The notes under the pieces were generated by a model. That model saw nothing but the letters and a program-made list of their open reading frames with translations. It was not told the DNA's origin and did no database searches. This document shows, piece after piece, positions 58,461-64,000 of a stretch of DNA of 64,000 nucleotides; within the stretch, counting starts at the first letter, position 1; the number at the start of each line of letters is the position of its first letter. The translations under genes and the position numbers were made by a program. Source of the DNA: Ignavibacteria bacterium (GTDB lineage: Bacteria > Bacteroidota > Ignavibacteria > Kapaibacteriales > UBA2268). The stretch is taken from contig JAOADV010000013.1 in assembly GCA_026417135.1 (NCBI GenBank), positions 1,142-65,141 on the forward strand, read 5' to 3'.

Positions 58461-59576
58461 TTACATCAGTGTCGATAAAAAACTTGAAGTATTTATTGCT
58501 GTAATATGCAAGTCATTTTCGATTGGTTCTAAGAACAAGAACTTAATTGGAATGCTTTCGCTTAGAGAGCTTATACTATGTTTTCCAAAAGCGTTTAATC
58601 CACCTGGAATAATTTTTGGGGCGATAAAGAATTGAATTTCATCCCATAAATTTTCCCTAATGAAAGAAGTTAGAACGGTTGCTCCACCTTCGACTAAGAC
58701 CGAATAAACATCGAACTCTTCTTTAATTTTTGCAAGCAGTTCAGATAAATCAATATAATTGTTCGAAGTGGGAACCCCAACAATGTTTACTCCAGCAAGA
58801 GTTAGATTATCAGTTTTTCGTGTAAGTGAAAATTCCTCGGCAACAGCAACAATAGTTTTGGAACGCAAGTTATCGGTGAAAACATTCAAATTCATCGGTA
58901 ACGAAAGTTTTGTATCCAAAATTATTCTTTTTGGGTCTTTGCCTTCATTATTATGAATGCTTAATTTAGGGTTATCGTGCAAGGCTGTGGTTTTACCAAT
59001 GATTATTCCGTCGACTTCCCTTCGTAGCAAGTATCCGAACCTACGTGCTGATTCGGAGGTAATCCACTTGGATTCAAGATAGCTTGTTGCAATCGCACCA
59101 TTTATCGATTGAGCAACTTTAAGTATAACATATGGTTTTTGCTCGGTAATATTCTTGATAAAAATCCTATTTAACCATTTGCACTCTTTTTCCAAGATAC
59201 CGACTTCGACTTCTATACCAGATTCTCGTAATTTTGCTACACCTTTGCCCGAAACCAAAGGGTTTGGGTCTATCGTTCCAATAACTACTTTGGCAAACTT
59301 TTTTTGTATCAATAAATCAACACAAGGAGGGGTTTTCCCATAATGTACGCACGGTTCGAGTGTGGTAACGATAGTTGCTCCTTCTAAATCTACTCCTTCT
59401 GCTTTATTGATAGCCTCAACTTCTGCGTGAGGTCCACCAAAATAACGATGATATCCTTCGCTTACGATTTTCCCGTCTTTTACTATAACAGCTCCAACTT
59501 TGGGATTTGGGGAAACGAAGTTGACCCCCAACTGTGCCAACTCGATTGCTCTTCGCATTAGTTCATTGTAGCTCAT
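58461..59576 (-). CDS. ribD: bifunctional riboflavin biosynthesis deaminase/reductase
   Basis: Cytidine-deaminase-type zinc motif HAEVEAI...PCVHYGKTPPC, followed by a RibG reductase domain. Confidence 0.85.
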   Translation of the reverse strand: MSYNELMRRAIELAQLGVNFVSPNPKVGAVIVKDGKIVSEGYHRYFGGPHAEVEAINKAEGVDLEGATIVTTLEPCVHYGKTPPCVDLLIQKKFAKVVIGTIDPNPLVSGKGVAKLRESGIEVEVGILEKECKWLNRIFIKNITEQKPYVILKVAQSINGAIATSYLESKWITSESARRFGYLLRREVDGIIIGKTTALHDNPKLSIHNNEGKDPKRIILDTKLSLPMNLNVFTDNLRSKTIVAVAEEFSLTRKTDNLTLAGVNIVGVPTSNNYIDLSELLAKIKEEFDVYSVLVEGGATVLTSFIRENLWDEIQFFIAPKIIPGGLNAFGKHSISSLSESIPIKFLFLEPIENDLHITAINTSSFLSTLM

Positions 59577-60367
59577 TTTTCTTCTATTTTTAATTCTAGC
59601 TTTTCGACTATTTCGTGTTTTTTAATTGGGAGAATGAAATAGACATTGTATTCACCGCTTGGAACTTTATTGCCAGAAAAATCTTTGCCAATCCATTGCA
59701 AAATATAACGGCGAATTTTTCCTATTTCGATAGGTTCGACTTCGCCAATCACTTGTAGAAAGTTTGTGTTGAAATCCGATGCCCATATCTCTTTGCCAGC
59801 TTTGCTTTCTATTCTGATTCTCAGCCTTTCCGAAGTGGGGAAGTATTCGTCTTCTTTTTCCTCGAGCCGAACTAAATCGAGTGCGAAAACGAAATTTGTA
59901 TCGGAATTAATGAAAATGTTCGGTATTGCAAAAAATTTTCTTCTTTCGTCGGCGAACCGAACGGGAAAAGTAAGTATATCATTACTAAATCTTGCAACGA
60001 AAGATCTACATTTTTCCGATGTAAAATCCTTTTTTGTCTCGACCATAAAAGATGTGATTGGCAACGAAAAATCGAGAAAATCATCTACTTCTATTGGATT
60101 TTCCATAAAATCCGTTCTTTTGCCTCCGCATTCAATCCAACATTCGACCCCTTTCAAAAAAGTGTACTTCGAAATTTTTTCGAATTGCGAACCTCGCTTA
60201 ATATAAACAAGATAACCGTTGTATGAACCTTTTCTGAACTTTAATTGATAAATTTCGTAGCCTTTATGGATTAACGGTTCAATTCGAGTCGAGTGTTGCT
60301 TCGAAGAACAAGCAATAAAAATAAAAGAAAAGATGAGAGCAAATTTTAAAATCATAGAAATGTCCAC
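59573..60367 (-). CDS. lipoprotein, unknown function
   Basis: Signal peptide with the lipobox FIACS, and no recognisable domain. Confidence 0.4.
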   Translation of the reverse strand: MDISMILKFALIFSFIFIACSSKQHSTRIEPLIHKGYEIYQLKFRKGSYNGYLVYIKRGSQFEKISKYTFLKGVECWIECGGKRTDFMENPIEVDDFLDFSLPITSFMVETKKDFTSEKCRSFVARFSNDILTFPVRFADERRKFFAIPNIFINSDTNFVFALDLVRLEEKEDEYFPTSERLRIRIESKAGKEIWASDFNTNFLQVIGEVEPIEIGKIRRYILQWIGKDFSGNKVPSGEYNVYFILPIKKHEIVEKLELKIEEK

Positions 60368-60575
60368 CTTTTATTCAAAGTCCAAGAATAATCAAACAAA
60401 TAAATAACTTTATAACTTCATTACACAAATTTAATCCTTTTTCTTCTACTTTTTTTCTTTCGAAAGTTGCATCGAAATTTTAGTCATTTTTTTAAATTGA
60501 ACTTTTCAGAAAATCCAAATGAAAATTTTAATATAAGAAATAAAAATTTTTAAGTATTAAAAATTTATAGAGGTT

Positions 60576-63500
60576 ATGAAAATTTCACGAATATTTACAA
60601 AAAATGCCAAATCGGCTTATGAACTTTTTAAATATACTAAACGGTCCTCGACTCTTCGCAATCCCGATGGCTCCATAGTTTTTCATATGGACAATATTGA
60701 AGTTCCCGTCCATTGGTCTCAAGTAGCCACCGACGTGCTTGCTCAAAAATATTTTCGGAAAACTGGTGTACCACTTTTCGACGAAAAGGGCAATCCGATT
60801 TATGATTCTAATGGAAAACAAGCCTTAGGTTCCGAAACTTCGATTAAGCAAGTAGTACACCGATTGGCTGGGACTTGGCGCCACTGGGGCGAAAAATATA
60901 AATATTTCGATACATCCGAAGATGCACAAAACTTCTACGACGAAACAGTGTATATGTTGCTCAACCAAATGGCAGCTCCGAATTCCCCACAATGGTTCAA
61001 TACAGGCTTGGCTTGGGCATACGGTATTAAAGGTAATAAACAAGGGCATTACTACATCGAACCAGAGACCGGGAAGCTAAAGGAATCGAAAGACGCATAT
61101 TCGCGACCGCAACCTCACGCTTGCTTTATCCAAAGTATAAAGGACGACTTGCTGAACGAAGGTGGGATTTTCGACCTCGTTTCGCGCGAGGCACGAATCT
61201 TTAAGTTCGGTAGTGGTTCGGGAACTAACTTTTCCCCTCTTCGTGCCGAAGGCGAACCACTTTCGGGCGGCGGAAAGTCTTCGGGTTTGATGAGTTTCCT
61301 TAAAATTTACGACCGTGCCGCTGGTTCGATAAAATCTGGGGGGACAACACGACGCGCTGCAAAAATGGTCATTGTCGATATCGACCACCCCGATGTTGAA
61401 CAGTTTATTGAATGGAAAGCACGAGAGGAAGAAAAGGTTGCAGCATTAGTAACTGGTTCTCGAATAAATTCGATTTTTCTCAAGGCAATCTTCAACTCCG
61501 TAAAAAACGGTGGTTCTAACCTTAATACAAACAAAGAACTTAGGAAACTAATTCAAAAGGCTTTGCACCGTGGAGTTCTTCTAAACTATATTCATCGTGT
61601 TATTCGACTTGCCGAAAATGGGGTCGAAAATATTGATTTTGAAATCTACGACACTCATTACGAAAGCGAAGCTTATACAACCGTCAGTGGGCAGAATTCT
61701 AATAATAGTGTTCGAGTATCTAACGAATTTATGAAAGCAGTCGAAGAGAATAACTTTTGGGAACTACGATATCGCGTTGGTGGCGGAGTAGCTAAAAAAG
61801 TAAAGGCGCGAGAACTTTGGGACAAAATGTGCCTCGCTGCTTGGAAATCTGCCGACCCCGGACTCCAATTCGATACCACGATAAACGAATGGCATACTTG
61901 CCCAAAGTCTGGGAGAATAAACGCAAGTAATCCCTGTAGCGAATATATGTTTCTCGACGATACAGCTTGCAATCTGGCAAGCCTCAATTTAATTAAATTT
62001 TACGACGAAGAAAAAGGTATTTTCAAGGTCGACGAGTTTCGACACGCAATTAGAATTTGGACAATTATACTCGAAATTTCTGTTCTTATGGCACAATTCC
62101 CATCCAAAAAAATTGCCCAGCTAAGCTATGAATATCGAACACTCGGGCTTGGATATGCCAACCTTGGTACTTTACTTATGGTTCAAGGAGTACCTTACGA
62201 TTCACCCGAAGCTTTGGCAATAACTGGGGCTATCACTGCTATTCTAACTGGCGAAGCTTATCGAACAAGCGCTGAAATGGCCAAAGAACTTGGTCCATTT
62301 CCAGGGTTCGAGAAAAATAGAGAAGATATGCTCCGAGTGATTCGCAACCACCGACGTTGTGCTTATAATGCGCAAGAAAAAGAATACGAAAGTTTAACTA
62401 TCAAACCTATGGGTATCAATCCTAAGTATTGTCCCGAAGACCTACTCCAATCGGCACGAAAGGTTTGGGACGAAGCACTTGAATTAGGTGAAACCTACGG
62501 CTTTCGCAATGCTCAGGTTAGTGCTATTGCACCTACTGGGACTATTGCTTTGATAATGGATTGCGATACAACTGGCATCGAACCCGATTTCGCAATTGTA
62601 AAATTCAAAAAATTATCGGGCGGAGGCTATTTTAAAATAGTAAATCAATCTGTACACAAAGCTTTGATAAAACTTGGATATACCGAATCTCAAATTGAAG
62701 CAATTGAAAAGTACACAAAAGGACATGGGACTTTAATTGGTTGTCCTACGATAAACCACAAGAAACTGCTCGAGCGTGGATTTACGCAAAACAAAGTTGA
62801 CTTAATTGAAAAGCAACTCGATAATGTTTTCGACATTCGATTTGCCTTTAATCGTTATGTTCTCGGGGACGATTTTTGTAAAGATTTAGGATTTAGCGAA
62901 GAAGATTTAAATAATCCAAACTTCGATTTACTTTCGTCTTTGGGGTTCACAGAGGAAGAAATCGAAATTGCAAACGAATATGTCTGTGGCACTATGATGC
63001 TCGAAGGAGCTCCTTTTTTAAAACCAGAACACTTGCCTATTTTCGACACAGCCGTGAAATGTGGAAAAAAAGGGACTCGATTTATTCCTTATATGGCGCA
63101 TATCCGAATGATGGCTTCTGCCCAACCTTTCATTTCCGGGGCTATCTCTAAAACAGTAAATATGCCTTCCGAAGCTACAGTCGAGGATATTGGTAAAGTT
63201 TACTTCGAAGCCTGGAAGATGATGCTAAAATCTATTACAATTTACCGTGATGGTTCGAAGCTTTCGCAACCTTTGAATACAACAGCATACGAAGGTTTTA
63301 ACGAAATTGTTATGCTTGGGGACGAAGAAAGTCTCGACGAGACATTAGGACCATCGGAAGTCCAAAGTCAAATAGCGCAAAATCTTGCATCGCAACAACA
63401 AAAACCACAACAACAATACAAACTCGAACGCCGACGACTCCCGAAACTCCGCCACGGTTTCATCCGCGAAGCAACCATCGGCGGACATAAAGTTTACCTA

Positions 63501-64000
63501 AGAACTGGTGAATACGAGGATGGCACTCTTGGCGAAATCTTCATAGATATGTACAAAGAAGGTGCTGCCTTTCGAGGTCTTTTGAATAGTTTTGCTATAC
63601 TGGCTTCGAAAGCGTTGCAATATGGTCTCCCGCTCGACGAACTCGTCGATACATTTACCTTTACACGGTTCGACCCTTCCGGTCCAGTCGAAGGGCACGA
63701 AGCAATTAAGTATGCAACCTCCGTTCTCGACTACGTTTTCCGTTCGTTAGGATACGACTACTTAAAGCGGACTGATTTTATTCATACCAAAGCTGTCGAT
63801 GAACTGCCTCCGGGTATGCTTCCTCCACCGAAGAGAAAAGGTGAACCTAAGAACAAGGATTTCGAATTCAAGGATGAAAGTACTTCCAACAAGAAAATCG
63901 ATGAAAGCAAGATTGAAGAGGGAAATTCTTTCCCCGATGAACTTGTTTCGATAGAACAAATAGTTAGCTCGAGCGAGGCAAAAGCAACACAATTGACCAC
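60576..64000 (+). CDS. nrdJ: adenosylcobalamin-dependent (class II) ribonucleotide reductase, first ~1141 codons; continues beyond window end
   Basis: Read manually from the ATG at 60576 (the ORF is absent from the track because it has no stop in the window): MKISRIFTKNAKSAYELFKYTKRSSTLRNPDGSIVFHMDNIEVPVHWSQVATDVLAQKYFRK..., with the RNR catalytic motifs NPCSEY, LGLGY and IAPTGT and the class II B12-binding region. The frame stays open to position 64000. Confidence 0.85.
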   Translation, partial: MKISRIFTKNAKSAYELFKYTKRSSTLRNPDGSIVFHMDNIEVPVHWSQVATDVLAQKYFRKTGVPLFDEKGNPIYDSNGKQALGSETSIKQVVHRLAGTWRHWGEKYKYFDTSEDAQNFYDETVYMLLNQMAAPNSPQWFNTGLAWAYGIKGNKQGHYYIEPETGKLKESKDAYSRPQPHACFIQSIKDDLLNEGGIFDLVSREARIFKFGSGSGTNFSPLRAEGEPLSGGGKSSGLMSFLKIYDRAAGSIKSGGTTRRAAKMVIVDIDHPDVEQFIEWKAREEEKVAALVTGSRINSIFLKAIFNSVKNGGSNLNTNKELRKLIQKALHRGVLLNYIHRVIRLAENGVENIDFEIYDTHYESEAYTTVSGQNSNNSVRVSNEFMKAVEENNFWELRYRVGGGVAKKVKARELWDKMCLAAWKSADPGLQFDTTINEWHTCPKSGRINASNPCSEYMFLDDTACNLASLNLIKFYDEEKGIFKVDEFRHAIRIWTIILEISVLMAQFPSKKIAQLSYEYRTLGLGYANLGTLLMVQGVPYDSPEALAITGAITAILTGEAYRTSAEMAKELGPFPGFEKNREDMLRVIRNHRRCAYNAQEKEYESLTIKPMGINPKYCPEDLLQSARKVWDEALELGETYGFRNAQVSAIAPTGTIALIMDCDTTGIEPDFAIVKFKKLSGGGYFKIVNQSVHKALIKLGYTESQIEAIEKYTKGHGTLIGCPTINHKKLLERGFTQNKVDLIEKQLDNVFDIRFAFNRYVLGDDFCKDLGFSEEDLNNPNFDLLSSLGFTEEEIEIANEYVCGTMMLEGAPFLKPEHLPIFDTAVKCGKKGTRFIPYMAHIRMMASAQPFISGAISKTVNMPSEATVEDIGKVYFEAWKMMLKSITIYRDGSKLSQPLNTTAYEGFNEIVMLGDEESLDETLGPSEVQSQIAQNLASQQQKPQQQYKLERRRLPKLRHGFIREATIGGHKVYLRTGEYEDGTLGEIFIDMYKEGAAFRGLLNSFAILASKALQYGLPLDELVDTFTFTRFDPSGPVEGHEAIKYATSVLDYVFRSLGYDYLKRTDFIHTKAVDELPPGMLPPPKRKGEPKNKDFEFKDESTSNKKIDESKIEEGNSFPDELVSIEQIVSSSEAKATQLT

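Noticed and set aside
60368-60575. Looked for a cobalamin riboswitch or NrdR boxes upstream of nrdJ
   Set aside because: The region is uniformly AT-rich with no B12-box-like or palindromic NrdR-box-like sequence.

Overview
This is a 64-kb, AT-rich (roughly 37% GC by eye) chromosomal segment, most likely from an FCB-group bacterium (Bacteroidota/Ignavibacteriota-like). Reasons: a T9SS C-terminal sorting domain on a secreted protein, a GldL-like motor protein, an alternative complex III (ACIII) plus caa3 oxidase supercluster, and no Shine-Dalgarno dependence. Most of the window is core housekeeping. Left to right: the 5' end of sat (truncated at the window edge), gmk, nusB, a T9SS cargo protein, a CDP-alcohol phosphatidyltransferase, tpiA, an LptC-like lipoprotein, a saccharopine-dehydrogenase-family enzyme, xseB, nupC, dxs, a fatty-acid hydroxylase (on the minus strand, although the supplied ORF track labels it plus), aat, queA, a GT2, an MFS transporter, hrcA, a mannose-1-P guanylyltransferase and hutI. 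An 15-kb respiratory supercluster follows: actA, actB, actC, a fused actDE, actF, a membrane cytochrome c, SCO1, ctaD, ctaE, ctaF, ctaC, ctaB, and an unusual polytopic-membrane/cytochrome-c fusion. Next is a small accessory-looking island with a split CI/LexA-like repressor (HTH and S24 peptidase as separate overlapping ORFs), a small membrane protein and a divergent Mor-like activator. Then comes a T9SS-flavoured cluster (GT4, a PorE-like OmpA protein, a C25-like secreted protein, a GldL-like protein carrying the transmembrane Glu49, and a GldM-like bitopic partner) with no gldK or gldN. After that: a GT4, an orphan beta-class N4/N6 DNA methyltransferase preceded by a start-less, frameshifted pseudo-ORF (candidate decayed restriction gene) broken at a C6/G6 tract, a CN-hydrolase, a GAF-PP2C phosphatase, TonB, murQ, an orphan MlaF-like ABC ATPase, fmt, a YfhO-family protein, ispG, a rhomboid protease, ribD, and the 5' part of class II ribonucleotide reductase nrdJ, which runs off the window end. 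Non-coding oddities are a GC-elevated, ORF-poor 0.5-kb stretch upstream of nusB (candidate structured RNA), a 27-nt GC-rich palindromic hairpin present in two intergenic regions in opposite orientations, and a C/G-rich inverted-repeat element that shares the 11-mer CCCCCCTCTAC with the frameshift site of the pseudo-ORF. No rRNA, tRNA, CRISPR array, transposase or integrase was recognised.
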